Shown: positions 1 to 9,979 of the stretch, in pieces
How the letters are laid out: the number at the start of each line of letters is the position of its first letter
Numbering within the stretch: the first letter of the stretch is position 1
Notes under the pieces: generated by a model
Databases searched by the model: none
The model's input: only the letters and a program-made list of their open reading frames with translations
What the model was told of the DNA's origin: nothing
NCBI GenBank assembly: GCA_017482495.1
Contig: JAFUMU010000083.1
Location: 3,342-67,341 of the forward strand
Source of the DNA: Clostridia bacterium
Lineage (GTDB): Bacteria > Bacillota > Clostridia > Oscillospirales > CAG-272
DNA length: 64,000 nt
Reading direction: 5' to 3'
Program-made: the position numbers and the translations under genes

Positions 1-1671
1 CTTACCCTCCTTAATAAGGGTGGGAAGGAGGCGATAGAACATTGTAAGCAGAAGCGTTCTTATCTGGAATCCATCCTCATCGGCATCGGTACAGATGATT
101 ATCTTTGACCAACGGAGATTTTTTATGTCAAAGGTCATCATATCGTCCTTTGCCTTTGTCTTTATCTCGACACCGCATCCTATAACACGGAGCAGGTCTA
201 CAATGATATCGCTTTTGAATATTTTATCGTAAGTGCTTTTAAGACAGTTGAGAGTTTTACCTCTGACGGGGATTATAGCCTGAAACTCCGCATCGCGACC
301 CAGCTTACAGCTTGTCATAGCAGAGTCACCCTCCACTATATAGACCTCTCGCTTTTCCGGATCCTTGGAACGGCAGGAAACGAACTTTTCAACTCTGCTT
401 GCAACATCTGTCTGTGAAGCAAGTTTCTTTTTGATATCAAGCTTTGTAGTTTCAGCTCTTTCTCTTGCTCTCTTATTTATAAGCACCTGAGAAAGGAACT
501 TGTCCGCCTCTGTGGGATTTTCGGCAAAATAAAATTCAAGCTGCTCCTTCATAAAAGCTGTAAGAGCTTCTGCAATAAAGGAATTTGTTATAGCCTTCTT
601 GGTCTGGTTTGCATAGGAGGTCTGAGTGGAAAGAGAGTTTGTAACAAGCACAAGGCAGTCCTCAATATCGGAGAAGGTCACCTTGGATTCATTTTTATTA
701 TATTTGCCGAGAGCCTTAAGACGCTTGTCCACCGCATAGGTAAATGCTGTTTTTACAGCTCTCTCAGGGGAGCCGCCGTGCTCAAGAAAGCTGGAGTTGT
801 GATAATATTCAAGAACGTTAACTGTGTTCGATATACAAAAAGCAACATCGGCAACAAGTCGGTATTCGTCCTTGTCATCACGGTCGCGGCCCTTTGTTTC
901 AGGCATCTTCCACAGAACAGGCTGCGTCATTGCAGTCTCACCCGCAAGTCTTGCTACATAGTCAGCTATACCCTTGGGATATTCAAATTCCTTTGTGTCA
1001 AAGCTTCCGTCGGGATTCTCCCAGTTAAAAATAAATTTAAGACCTGCATTTACCACAGCCTGCTTCTCAAGCACCTCTTCGAAATGGGCACGAGGAATAG
1101 CTATGTCGGTAAATACCTCAAGGTCGGGACGCCAGTATGTGACAGTACCCGTCTTCTTTTCCCTTCTCTCAAGCTCTCTTATCTGCATCTCGCCGACAGG
1201 ATTACCTTTTTTAAAGGACATATGGCGCTCATTTTTTCCGTCGTAAGAGTATACCTCGAAAAACTCGGAGGAATACTGAGTTGCGCAGGCACCGAGACCG
1301 TTAAGACCAAGGGAAAACTCGTATGCGGAATCTCCGGAGTTGTTATTATACTTACCGCCTGCGTAAAGCTCGCAGTATACGAGCTCCCAGTTATAGCAAT
1401 TATACTTTTCGTTGTAATCCAGAGGGACGCCGCGTCCCTTGTCCTCTACCTTAAGAGAATGGTCGGCATATGCCGTAACGGTGATAACATTACCGTATCC
1501 CTCTCTTGCTTCGTCAGCAGAATTGGACAGTATTTCAAAGAAAGCATGGCAGCAGCCCTCAAGTCCGTCAGACCCGAAAATGACCGCAGGGCGCAGACGA
1601 ACTCTGTCAGCGCCCTCCAGCTTTTCAATTGATTGATCGTTATATTTTACAGTTCCTTTTTTCTCAGCCAT
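1..1671 (-). CDS. Type IIA DNA topoisomerase B subunit (GyrB/ParE family), 3' end cut by window edge
   Basis: My own minus-strand translation from ATG at 1669-1671; the ORF is absent from the track because it runs off the edge. Starts MAEKKGTVKYNDQSIEKLEGADRVRLRPAVIFGSDG...FEILSNSADEA (GHKL ATPase N-box). Later has YIVEGDSAMTS and ICTDADEDGFQIRTLLLT (Toprim motifs). Open reading frame continues to base 1. Confidence 0.85.
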   Translation of the reverse strand, partial: MAEKKGTVKYNDQSIEKLEGADRVRLRPAVIFGSDGLEGCCHAFFEILSNSADEAREGYGNVITVTAYADHSLKVEDKGRGVPLDYNEKYNCYNWELVYCELYAGGKYNNNSGDSAYEFSLGLNGLGACATQYSSEFFEVYSYDGKNERHMSFKKGNPVGEMQIRELERREKKTGTVTYWRPDLEVFTDIAIPRAHFEEVLEKQAVVNAGLKFIFNWENPDGSFDTKEFEYPKGIADYVARLAGETAMTQPVLWKMPETKGRDRDDKDEYRLVADVAFCISNTVNVLEYYHNSSFLEHGGSPERAVKTAFTYAVDKRLKALGKYNKNESKVTFSDIEDCLVLVTNSLSTQTSYANQTKKAITNSFIAEALTAFMKEQLEFYFAENPTEADKFLSQVLINKRARERAETTKLDIKKKLASQTDVASRVEKFVSCRSKDPEKREVYIVEGDSAMTSCKLGRDAEFQAIIPVRGKTLNCLKSTYDKIFKSDIIVDLLRVIGCGVEIKTKAKDDMMTFDIKNLRWSKIIICTDADEDGFQIRTLLLTMFYRLLPTLIKEGK

Positions 1672-1705
1672 TAAAAAATATACCTTTCAACAAACTGAAT
1701 ATTAA

Positions 1706-2191
1706 TTACCAGTCAAATTTTGTGATCTTTCCCTCAGGAGTGATTATAAGATATCCGCTGTTAGTATATCTGTCGTCTTCTTCGATATACGCAGCTATTC
1801 TTATCTTATAATCCCCCTCATCAGTCATTTCCTCAAATCTATAGGATAACTTGTATCCGGAGTCGGGATCAACATCACCGTTATAATCACGTGCGATCTG
1901 CAGAGCTCTCTCAACAGTCATAGCGGTCGCAGGTTCTGTTGCAGGCTCGGTAACATCTTCAGTATCAAGTTCGTCATCCTCTGTTTCCGTCTCCTCACCC
2001 TTACCCGTTGTTGTCTCTTCGATAATAGGAGCAGGAGGATCCTCACGCTCCGATGTGGTTCCATCTCCGTTCTCATCTGTGGTAACATCATAGGCATCCG
2101 TTGTATCCTCAGGTGTATCGTCAGTTCCCTTGCAGGAAGCAAGAGTAACTACAGCAGTGAGAATAAGCATAATAGCAATTAACTTTTTCAT
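1706..2191 (-). CDS. Acidic secreted lipoprotein, unknown function
   Basis: Track ORF. N-terminus MKKLIAIMLILTAVVTLASC gives a signal peptide plus lipobox Cys. A D/E/T-rich linker is followed by a small C-terminal domain. Confidence 0.6.
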   Translation of the reverse strand: MKKLIAIMLILTAVVTLASCKGTDDTPEDTTDAYDVTTDENGDGTTSEREDPPAPIIEETTTGKGEETETEDDELDTEDVTEPATEPATAMTVERALQIARDYNGDVDPDSGYKLSYRFEEMTDEGDYKIRIAAYIEEDDRYTNSGYLIITPEGKITKFDW

Positions 2192-2211
2192 AAGCGACCG
2201 CCTTTCTTTTA

Positions 2212-3522
2212 TTATTTAGCTCCTATCTGCAGTGACTTAAGATAAGCCGCCTCGGTAAGTGTTTCCATATTATACATCAAAAGCACCTTATCGATATCAT
2301 TTGTCTCAGCATAACGTAGCATTGATGCAGGATAGTAACGAAGGTCAACAAGAACAAGGTCATAATGGCGCGCAAGAAAAGGCACAAGAGAATGTGCAAA
2401 GGAGTCCTTTACTACAAGAAGTGTTTCCCTTTCCTCGTCCGTATTCTTTGTGATCTTTGTTATACCGTGATTGCCTCCGATAAAGGAAGCGTATTTATCC
2501 TTTTCGTTTAAAAACTTTTCCACATAGAAACCGTTGCAAACAGCATATTTTGCACCGTCCTCCTCAATATGTGTGAAGCCTTCAAGACCTTCAAACTCTC
2601 CCGACTTATCGATGATCTTCATTGTATAATCCTCATCTCCGTCAAATCGGTAGTATTCGATGGTGTCGCCCTTAGTCCACTTAGCCCCTGCTGCAGACCA
2701 GGTAGTACCGTAAAAGTCGTCCGTCACTGTCTCTATTCTGAAATCATCCTCAGCATAGGGAGTGCCTCCAAGCTCTGTTATTATCTCAACATACGCAAGA
2801 TATGCACCGTGTGAGGTCCAGTGATGGTCGGAATCATAATAAAGACCGTCATCGTTTTTTGCAGCTTCTCTGAGAGTATTTCTCAGATTAAGATAACTAA
2901 GCTCTCCGCCTGCCGCTATCTCATCAAGCTTATTCCATATGCGGTCGGAATAGTATGAGCCGTAATAGGACGGTAATTTATTATCATAGACATCCATCTT
3001 TCTGCCTGCAAAGGCTGCCACCACATCTATTCCCTTTTTTTCTGCTGCATTTTCAAACTTTGCCGCAGAGGATACATTTATGTTGAGAAAATCCTCGTTG
3101 GGATAATCGTTTCTCGCCACAAGAAAGTCACCGATAATAAATGTATCGTTATTGACCTGCTTAAGCTGAGCTGTCTCACTTACAGCCTTAAGCCCAACAA
3201 AGAACTTTCTTGCAGGAAACTGATCTGCCATATATTCGCCAAACTCGCTCGTGAATTCACCTGAAAGGAAGGTCTCACGAGTAAACTCCGGAAACATTTT
3301 AAGTCCGCTTTCCTCGGAAGTATATTCCCTATCGGGCACTACCCAAAAGAGGATAGCAAAAATAAAGATAAATGCCATTGCCAAAATCGAGCACAGCCAG
3401 TTAGAGACCTTGCTCTTATCCTTAAGCGAAAGCTGAAGCTCAAGAAGTCTGTCAGCTTCGCTGTCACCGTCTATCCTCTTTTTTTTAGGAGCGGGAACCG
3501 CATCAACATTTTTCTCTTCCAT
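2212..3522 (-). CDS. DHHW-motif protein (AlgX/AlgJ-like partner of MBOAT acyltransferases)
   Basis: Track ORF with an N-terminal TM helix and the motif YYDSDHHWTSHGAY. Lies directly downstream of the MBOAT gene on the same strand. Confidence 0.75.
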   Translation of the reverse strand: MEEKNVDAVPAPKKKRIDGDSEADRLLELQLSLKDKSKVSNWLCSILAMAFIFIFAILFWVVPDREYTSEESGLKMFPEFTRETFLSGEFTSEFGEYMADQFPARKFFVGLKAVSETAQLKQVNNDTFIIGDFLVARNDYPNEDFLNINVSSAAKFENAAEKKGIDVVAAFAGRKMDVYDNKLPSYYGSYYSDRIWNKLDEIAAGGELSYLNLRNTLREAAKNDDGLYYDSDHHWTSHGAYLAYVEIITELGGTPYAEDDFRIETVTDDFYGTTWSAAGAKWTKGDTIEYYRFDGDEDYTMKIIDKSGEFEGLEGFTHIEEDGAKYAVCNGFYVEKFLNEKDKYASFIGGNHGITKITKNTDEERETLLVVKDSFAHSLVPFLARHYDLVLVDLRYYPASMLRYAETNDIDKVLLMYNMETLTEAAYLKSLQIGAK

Positions 3523-3538
3523 AACAGCTCACCTCCGC

Positions 3539-4957
3539 TTAGAATCTAAAATAAAGGAAGGGATTATATGACGAATCAACCAGATACGCCGTACATACTA
3601 CAAGCATAAACACTGCAACCACACTGAGTACACACCTGCAAATCTGATTTTTTTCATAGATCTTATAGAATATCTTTCTCGGCAGAGGTGTAGACGCAAC
3701 GCAAAGTACAGCAACGAAGAACAGATTGCGCACAACATCAAATGTTACACCGGGATCAGTAAAGCCTACGACCCCCTGGCCGAACATCTGAGAAAGGAAG
3801 GTAACTCCTGCGCCAAGATCTTCAAACACGAACAGCCACCATCCAAACAGCACTATCACAAGGCTGTATATATGGCTTACAAAGGAAGGAAGCTTCTCAA
3901 GCCACTTCATCAGGAAGGCTTTCTCTATAAGGAGGAACAAGCAGTAGTAAAGGCCCCAAAGAACATAGTTCCAGCTTGCGCCGTGCCAGAAGCCTGTAAC
4001 AAGCCAAACTACTATAATATTGCGGTACATTTTCCACTTTGCACATCTGTTACCGCCCAAGGGAATATAAACATATTCTCTGAACCAAGTGCCCATGGAG
4101 ATATGCCATCTTCTCCAGAATTCCGTTATACTCTTTGAAACATAAGGATAGAAGAAGTTCTCCTTAAATCGGAAGCCCATCATCTTGCCGAGACCGATCG
4201 CCATATCCGAATATCCGGAAAAGTCAAAATATATTTGGAATGCGTAGAATATAAGTCCCGCCCAAGCACCAAGCACCGTTGCATTTGTGTCGGAAAGTGC
4301 TCTGAAATGATCCCACATAGCGCCTGCAGCATTTGCAAGAAGTATCTTCTTGGAAAGACCGCATATAAATGTACGTATACCGGAGGCAAAAAGCTCTATA
4401 TTATGAGGACGGCTGCGAAGCTGGTCGTCCACGTCCTGATATCTTACGATAGGTCCTGCAATAAGCTGAGGGAACAGAGTTACGTAAGCACCGAAGGAGG
4501 CAATATTCTTCTGAACCTTAGCATCGCCTCTGTAAATGTCGATGGTGTAAGACATTGTCTGGAAGGTGTAGAAGGAAATACCGATAGGAAGCTCCACATC
4601 AGCAAATGTGGGAATAGCCTGCAGAAAATCAAGGGGGATAAGCTGCAGATTGGTGACAATAAACGTGTAGTACTTAAAAAATCCAAGAACAGCTAGGTTA
4701 AGCATAGCACTGGCGATAACAGCCGCTCGCGCTTTTTTCTTATTGGTCTCCCGATATTTTCCCGCAAAATAACCGCATATGTAGTCTACAATTATGGAGT
4801 ATACCATTATGAACACATATAAAGGCTCGCCCCAACCGTAGAAAACAAGGCTCACAATAAGGAGCACAAAGTTACGAAGCTGCAACGGTACTGCAAAATA
4901 TATAAAAATGCTTGCGGCAAAATAGAGAAACAGGAATTCAAGAGATGAAAATACCAT
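3539..4957 (-). CDS. MBOAT family O-acyltransferase (AlgI/DltB-like)
   Basis: Polytopic membrane protein with FWRRWHISMGTWFREYVYIPLGGNR and the conserved His region WHGASWNY. Confidence 0.9.
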   Translation of the reverse strand: MVFSSLEFLFLYFAASIFIYFAVPLQLRNFVLLIVSLVFYGWGEPLYVFIMVYSIIVDYICGYFAGKYRETNKKKARAAVIASAMLNLAVLGFFKYYTFIVTNLQLIPLDFLQAIPTFADVELPIGISFYTFQTMSYTIDIYRGDAKVQKNIASFGAYVTLFPQLIAGPIVRYQDVDDQLRSRPHNIELFASGIRTFICGLSKKILLANAAGAMWDHFRALSDTNATVLGAWAGLIFYAFQIYFDFSGYSDMAIGLGKMMGFRFKENFFYPYVSKSITEFWRRWHISMGTWFREYVYIPLGGNRCAKWKMYRNIIVVWLVTGFWHGASWNYVLWGLYYCLFLLIEKAFLMKWLEKLPSFVSHIYSLVIVLFGWWLFVFEDLGAGVTFLSQMFGQGVVGFTDPGVTFDVVRNLFFVAVLCVASTPLPRKIFYKIYEKNQICRCVLSVVAVFMLVVCTAYLVDSSYNPFLYFRF

Positions 4958-5181
4958 ATTCCCTCCACAGTTACTAATTTTCTATCATAGTATAACACAT
5001 CTTTGTTAATAAATAAAGAAGAAAATTATTTTTTGCAAACTTTTAACTTTACTGTTGTTTCTGAAATATATTTAGTGTATAATCTTTCATATCTTATTTT
5101 TTAGTTCTCCGGAAAGGGTGTGTTATGCCCTCTCTTTCACAGAGATGTCATAACACAATAAATATATCAAGGACATATACT

Positions 5182-6429
5182 ATGAACATTTCAAATGAAA
5201 CAAGGTCGCTCTGCCTGCAGGCGGAGGAGGCGCTAAGCGAGCAGTTTGCTCATATAGATAAGGTTTCCCGCATATGCACGGAACGGGTCATGGACATTTT
5301 CCGCGAAGAAAGAGTTAACGAATCCATGTTTGCCGCAACGACGGGCTACGGCTACGGCGACCGCGGACGCGATGCCATCGACCGAATTGCCGCAAGAATT
5401 TTCGGCGCAGAAGCAGGATTTATGCGCCCTTCAATACTCAGCGGTACCCACGCCATCTCCATCGGTCTTTTCGGACTTCTCCGTCCCGGCGACATAATGC
5501 TTTCCGTTACAAGCGCGCCCTACGACACACTTCGCGGAGTTATCGGTATCGGCGACAGCTGCGGACAGGGCAGTCTTGACGAATTCGGCGTTGAATACCG
5601 TCAGATAGAGTTCAACAGCGAGGGCTACATAGACATTCCTGCTCTTGATGCCGCTATTACAGAATGCGGCGACAGGCTGAAGGTGGTATTTATGCAGCGC
5701 TCCAAGGGTTATCTTGACAGACGCACGCTTTCAGTTGCTGAAATTGCAGAGGTTGCCAAGCTGGTTCACTCCAAGTGCAATGCTTACGTGGTTCTTGACA
5801 ACTGCTACGGTGAATTTACGGAAACCACCGAGCCCGCCGCCCACGGAGTTGACCTTATGATAGGCTCACTCATAAAAAATCCCGGAGGCGGTATGGCTGA
5901 TATCGGCGGATATCTTGTAGGCTCCCCCAAGGCTGTAGAGCTTGCAAGCTACAGACTCTCCTGCCCCGGAGTCGGGCTTGAAGTCGGCGCATCTCTCGGT
6001 CAGAACAGAAATCTTCTGAGAGGTCTGTTCTTTGCCCCCCACACCACAGCTCAGGCATTGAAAACAGCCCATCTTGCCGCATATATCTTTGACAGTCTGG
6101 GCTACGAGGTCTCTCCCGGACCCTTCGAGAAGAGAAGCGACATTATTCAGACAGTCAAGCTGGGAAGTCCCGAGGGACTTGTTGATTTCTGCCGCGGCAT
6201 TCAGTCTGCGTCTCCCGTTGACGCATATGTTTCTCCCGAAGCCTGGGATATGCCCGGATATGACGATCCTGTTGTTATGGCGGCAGGTGCATTTATCGGA
6301 GGCTCCTCCATCGAGCTTTCCGCCGACGGCCCCATCCGTCCTCCCTACATTGCATTTATGCAGGGCGGTCTTACCTACGAAAGCGCACGTCTCGGCATTA
6401 TGGCAGCAGCTGACAGGCTTAAGAAATGA
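5182..6429 (+). CDS. YnbB-like PLP-dependent enzyme (aluminium-resistance / methionine gamma-lyase family)
   Basis: Track ORF 5125-6429 trimmed to the internal ATG preceded by AAGGA. Contains TTGYGYGDRGRDAIDRIAARIFGAEAGFMRPSILSGTHAIS, typical of the family. Confidence 0.75.
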   Translation: MNISNETRSLCLQAEEALSEQFAHIDKVSRICTERVMDIFREERVNESMFAATTGYGYGDRGRDAIDRIAARIFGAEAGFMRPSILSGTHAISIGLFGLLRPGDIMLSVTSAPYDTLRGVIGIGDSCGQGSLDEFGVEYRQIEFNSEGYIDIPALDAAITECGDRLKVVFMQRSKGYLDRRTLSVAEIAEVAKLVHSKCNAYVVLDNCYGEFTETTEPAAHGVDLMIGSLIKNPGGGMADIGGYLVGSPKAVELASYRLSCPGVGLEVGASLGQNRNLLRGLFFAPHTTAQALKTAHLAAYIFDSLGYEVSPGPFEKRSDIIQTVKLGSPEGLVDFCRGIQSASPVDAYVSPEAWDMPGYDDPVVMAAGAFIGGSSIELSADGPIRPPYIAFMQGGLTYESARLGIMAAADRLKK

Positions 6430-6436
6430 TTAGTAA

Positions 6437-6495
6437 TGCAGGGAGGCTTTTTAAGGAAAAGCCCCCTGCACCCCCAAAACCTTTTCGGATAAAAT
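6437..6495 (+). repeat. Solo L module of the intergenic repeat family
   Basis: TGCAGGGAGGCTTTTTAAGGAAAAGCCCCCTGCA hairpin followed by CCCCCAAAACCTTTTCGGATAA. Same as the left ends of the copies at 27045, 37101 and 43748. Confidence 0.75.
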
Positions 6496-6575
6496 CCGTG
6501 GGTCCGCATAATGCACAGCCAAAGTATATGGCACAGAGCTGCGTCAAGCAGTATGAAAAAAGTATTTGCACCGGG

Positions 6576-6604
6576 TTGACCAAATCAATAACATATGGTA
6601 TAAT
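6576..6604 (+). promoter_or_regulatory. Sigma-A type promoter
   Basis: TTGACC (6576-6581), 17 bp spacer, TATAAT (6599-6604). Confidence 0.7.
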
Positions 6605-6610
6605 ATTACG

Positions 6611-6682
6611 ACTGAACAGGCAGCGGCAAGTCCGCGAAGCCGGGTCTTACAAGACAACAGATACGCATCTGTGGGACAGTAC
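6611..6682 (+). promoter_or_regulatory. NiCo (czcD-type) riboswitch aptamer
   Basis: ACUGAACAGGCA..GAAGCCGGGUC..GACAACAGAU..AUCUGUGGGACAGU matches my recollection of the conserved NiCo junction nucleotides. P1 is ACUG/CAGU and three hairpins lie inside. It sits upstream of a CDF transporter. Confidence 0.7.
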
Positions 6683-6711
6683 ACAAAAAGCTGTTTCTCA
6701 GATGCTTTTTT
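6665..6711 (+). terminator. Riboswitch expression-platform terminator
   Basis: GCATCTGTGGGACAG pairs with CTGTTTCTCAGATGC (15 pairs including two G-T wobbles, plus one T-T mismatch) and is followed by a T-run. The 5' arm overlaps the 3' part of the aptamer, so the two folds are mutually exclusive. Confidence 0.65.
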
Positions 6712-6726
6712 ATTTGGGAGGTACAA

Positions 6727-7842
6727 TTGAAAAAAGAGATAAACAGATCGAAAATAGGGCAGATATCCGGAATAATCGGAATAATATGCAACTGCGTTCT
6801 TTCTGCAACCAAAATATTCGCAGGAGCCGTTTCAGGTTCCCTGTCAGTTACAGCAGACGGATTAAACAATCTCAGCGATGCCGCAAGCTCCGTCGTCGCC
6901 TTTCTCGGTTACAGGCTGTCCGAAAAGCCCGCAGACAAGAAGCATCCCTTCGGACACGCAAGAATAGAGTATCTTGCCAATCTGACGGTTGCAACCCTTA
7001 TGCTTTTTATGGGATTTGAGCTTACGAAATCATCCGTTATAAAAATGATCTCCACCGAAAAAGCCTCATTTTCCGTCCTCACCTTCATCATCCTTGCCAT
7101 ATCCATAGCAGTAAAGATATTTATGATGCTGTTCAACAGGCATATGGGCAAAAAGATATCTTCAGCTACACTTATGGCGGTTGCCGCAGACAGCAGAAAC
7201 GATGCCATAGCAACAACCGTTGTTGCCCTTTCAGCCGCAACCGAATATTTTTTCAACATCAAAGTCGACGGTATAGCAGGACTTCTTCTGGCATTATTCA
7301 TACTTTACAGCGGAATAATCACGGCCAAGGGCGCCGTCTCCACTCTTTTGGGCGAGGGCGGGTCGCCGAAGCTGAAAAACGAAATAACAGCTCTTATCCT
7401 CTCAAACAATGATATCATAGGATGCCACGACCTTATAGTACACGACTACGGGCCCGAAAAAATATACGCCAGCATCCACGTTGAGATGAACAAAAACGCC
7501 ACTCCTATGTACAGCCACAGAATAATCGATCTTCTTGAGAGGAAATGTCTTAAGCGCCTCGGTGTGCATCTGGTCATCCACCACGATCCCGTTGCAACCG
7601 ACGATCCGGGGGAAAATCAGATCCGACAAGCAATAGAAGATTTTTTATCGGAAAGAGACCCTCGGCTAAAATTCCACGATCTTCGCATAGTTGAGCGAAA
7701 TACCGCAACTCTTCTCTATTTCGACATAGAGATCCCCGAAGAAATCTTCGGTGAGCGGCACAGCATTGCTCTTGAGCTTGAATCACATCTGAACGAAAGC
7801 CTCAGCCGCCGCTTCATACTGAATATTACCTACGACATTTAA
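6727..7842 (+). CDS. Cation diffusion facilitator (CDF) family metal exporter
   Basis: TTG start 6 nt after GGGAGG. Contains SLSVTADGLNNLSDAASS and KKHPFGHARIEYL motifs, six TM helices and a cytoplasmic C-terminal domain. Confidence 0.9.
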   Translation: MKKEINRSKIGQISGIIGIICNCVLSATKIFAGAVSGSLSVTADGLNNLSDAASSVVAFLGYRLSEKPADKKHPFGHARIEYLANLTVATLMLFMGFELTKSSVIKMISTEKASFSVLTFIILAISIAVKIFMMLFNRHMGKKISSATLMAVAADSRNDAIATTVVALSAATEYFFNIKVDGIAGLLLALFILYSGIITAKGAVSTLLGEGGSPKLKNEITALILSNNDIIGCHDLIVHDYGPEKIYASIHVEMNKNATPMYSHRIIDLLERKCLKRLGVHLVIHHDPVATDDPGENQIRQAIEDFLSERDPRLKFHDLRIVERNTATLLYFDIEIPEEIFGERHSIALELESHLNESLSRRFILNITYDI

Positions 7843-7883
7843 AAAAACGCATTGGTCTCGCTAAACGAAGCCAATGCGTTTTT
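7841..7883. terminator. Bidirectional intrinsic terminator
   Basis: AACGCATTGG...CCAATGCGTT stem flanked by an A-run and a T-run, between convergent genes. Confidence 0.7.
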
Positions 7884-7897
7884 ATCATATCTGAAAA

Positions 7898-8320
7898 TTA
7901 TTTGAACTTAGACTCGCAATAGATACAGCGATATACCTTGTTCTCGCGGTCGATGAGTTTGAACTTATGGGGAAGCTCCTGCTCTATGGAAGTGATACAT
8001 CTGGGGTTCTTACAATGAATAACGTCGCTGATGGTATCGGGAAGAGAGAGGTGCTTGCGCTCAACAACCACGGAATCCTCTATCTTATTGATAGTAACGC
8101 CGGGATCGATATAGCCGATAACGTCAAGATCCAGAGCAACAGCCCCGTCGATCTTGATAATATCCTTCTTGCCCATTTTCTGGCTGTATGCGTTTGTGAT
8201 GATGGCAACAGGGCATTCAAGCTCGTTAAGGCGAAGGATCTTATAAAGCTTCATACCGTTACCTGCGCTGATATGGTCAAGAACAGTACCGTTTTTAATA
8301 GGGTTGACTAACATTTGCAT
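7898..8320 (-). CDS. pyrI: Aspartate carbamoyltransferase regulatory subunit
   Basis: VNPIKNGTVLDHI N-terminal domain and a C-terminal Zn domain (CKNPRC...CIYC). Confidence 0.9.
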   Translation of the reverse strand: MQMLVNPIKNGTVLDHISAGNGMKLYKILRLNELECPVAIITNAYSQKMGKKDIIKIDGAVALDLDVIGYIDPGVTINKIEDSVVVERKHLSLPDTISDVIHCKNPRCITSIEQELPHKFKLIDRENKVYRCIYCESKFK

Positions 8321-8327
8321 TTCCTCC

Positions 8328-9242
8328 TTATTCTATTCCCAGGAGCTTCATAATAAGCGCCATTCTTATGATCTTACCGTTGAATACCTGCTTGAAGTAA
8401 CAAGCTCTGGGATCGTCGTCAACTGCAACGGATATCTCATTAACTCTGGGCAGGGGATGGAGGATGCACATATCGCTCTTTGCATTTTCAAGCTTATCGG
8501 GAGTGAGGATATAGCTATCCTTCAGGCGGATATAATCAGCCTCGTTGAAGAATCTCTCCTTCTGAACTCTTGTCATATAAAGGATATCAAGCTCGGGCAT
8601 TGCATTCTCAAGGCTTGTTGTTTCAACATATGTGATGTTATCCATCTTATCAAGAGCGTCCTTCATATATCCGGGGAGCTTAAGCTCGTCGGGTGAGATA
8701 AGAACTATCTTAACGCCCTTATATCTTGTAAGGGCATCGATAAGGGAGTGAACCGTACGTCCGAACTTAAGGTCGCCGCAGAAGCCCACTGTTATGTTAC
8801 CGAATGTACCCTTTTCGCGTCTTATGGTGAGCAGGTCTGCAAGAGTCTGAGTGGGGTGATTGTGTCCGCCATCGCCTGCGTTGATGATCGGCACTGTGCT
8901 CTTCATGGAAGCAACAAGGGGCGCGCCCTCCTTGGGATGACGCATTGCAATGATATCAGCATAGTTGCTTACAACGCGAACTGTGTCGGAAACGCTTTCG
9001 CCCTTAGATGCAGAGGAGCTTCCCGCATCGGAAAATCCGATAACGTGACCGCCCAGCTCATACATTGCCGCCTCAAATGAAAGACGTGTTCTTGTGGAGG
9101 GCTCGAAGAAGAGAGTAGCGAGCTTCTTCCCCTCGCACTTGTGCGCATACTTTGCAGGATTCTCGATGATATCAAGACCTGTATTAACAAGCTGATCTAT
9201 CTCCTCTACGGAGAGATCAAGAATACTTATAAGACTTCTCAT
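8328..9242 (-). CDS. pyrB: Aspartate carbamoyltransferase catalytic subunit
   Basis: Contains [17 protein letters not shown] and HPLPR motifs. Confidence 0.95.
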   Translation of the reverse strand: MRSLISILDLSVEEIDQLVNTGLDIIENPAKYAHKCEGKKLATLFFEPSTRTRLSFEAAMYELGGHVIGFSDAGSSSASKGESVSDTVRVVSNYADIIAMRHPKEGAPLVASMKSTVPIINAGDGGHNHPTQTLADLLTIRREKGTFGNITVGFCGDLKFGRTVHSLIDALTRYKGVKIVLISPDELKLPGYMKDALDKMDNITYVETTSLENAMPELDILYMTRVQKERFFNEADYIRLKDSYILTPDKLENAKSDMCILHPLPRVNEISVAVDDDPRACYFKQVFNGKIIRMALIMKLLGIE

Positions 9243-9280
9243 TTTTTGTATTCCTTTCAGAGTTTCAAAGGGGGGTATTA

Positions 9281-9979
9281 TCAGCCTACAAATTCAGCCA
9301 TGCAACGGCGGTATGCCGCAACAGGGTCTGCAGCCGCTGTGATAGGTCTGCCTACAACGATATAGTCGCTGCCGATCTCCTTAGCCTTCTCGGGAGTTGT
9401 AACGCGAACCTGGTCGCCGATGTCGCCGTCTGCAAATCTTACGCCGGGAGTTACCGTGAAAAACTCCTTGCCGCAAGCTTCCTTAACGAGACCTGCCTCA
9501 AGGGGAGAGCATACAACGCCGTCAAGTCCTGCAGCCTTAGCATTCGCCGCATAGTGGCAAACAACGTCTGCAATATTTTCGTTAATAAGAAGGTCGCGTG
9601 TCATGACCTCCTGGCTTGTGGATGTGAGCTGTGTAACAGCAAGAAGGATAGGACGGCTGCCATCTTCTCTTGTAAGGCCCTTGATAGCTGCTTCCATCAT
9701 GGGGATAGTGCCTGCGGCGTGCAGATTACACATATCAACGCCAAGGTTTGCAAGAACAGACATTGCCTTCATAACTGTGTTGGGGATATCGTGGAGCTTA
9801 AGGTCGAGGAATATCTTATGTCCTCTTTCCTTGATCTCACGAACGATATCGGGGCCTGCTCCGTAGAACAGCTCCATACCGATCTTAACGAAAGGCTTCT
9901 CCTCCTCGAACTTGTCAAGGAATTTCATACATTCATCTCTTGAGGGAAAATCGCATGCGATAATTACGTCACGTCCCAT
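9281..9979 (-). CDS. pyrF: Orotidine 5'-phosphate decarboxylase
   Basis: Contains [12 protein letters not shown] and VVGRPIT motifs. Confidence 0.95.
   Translation of the reverse strand: MGRDVIIACDFPSRDECMKFLDKFEEEKPFVKIGMELFYGAGPDIVREIKERGHKIFLDLKLHDIPNTVMKAMSVLANLGVDMCNLHAAGTIPMMEAAIKGLTREDGSRPILLAVTQLTSTSQEVMTRDLLINENIADVVCHYAANAKAAGLDGVVCSPLEAGLVKEACGKEFFTVTPGVRFADGDIGDQVRVTTPEKAKEIGSDYIVVGRPITAAADPVAAYRRCMAEFVG

Noticed and set aside
778-1632. 284-aa ORF on the + strand at the left edge
   Set aside because: It is antisense to the type IIA topoisomerase B gene that I translated from the minus strand. The + strand ORF has no motifs.
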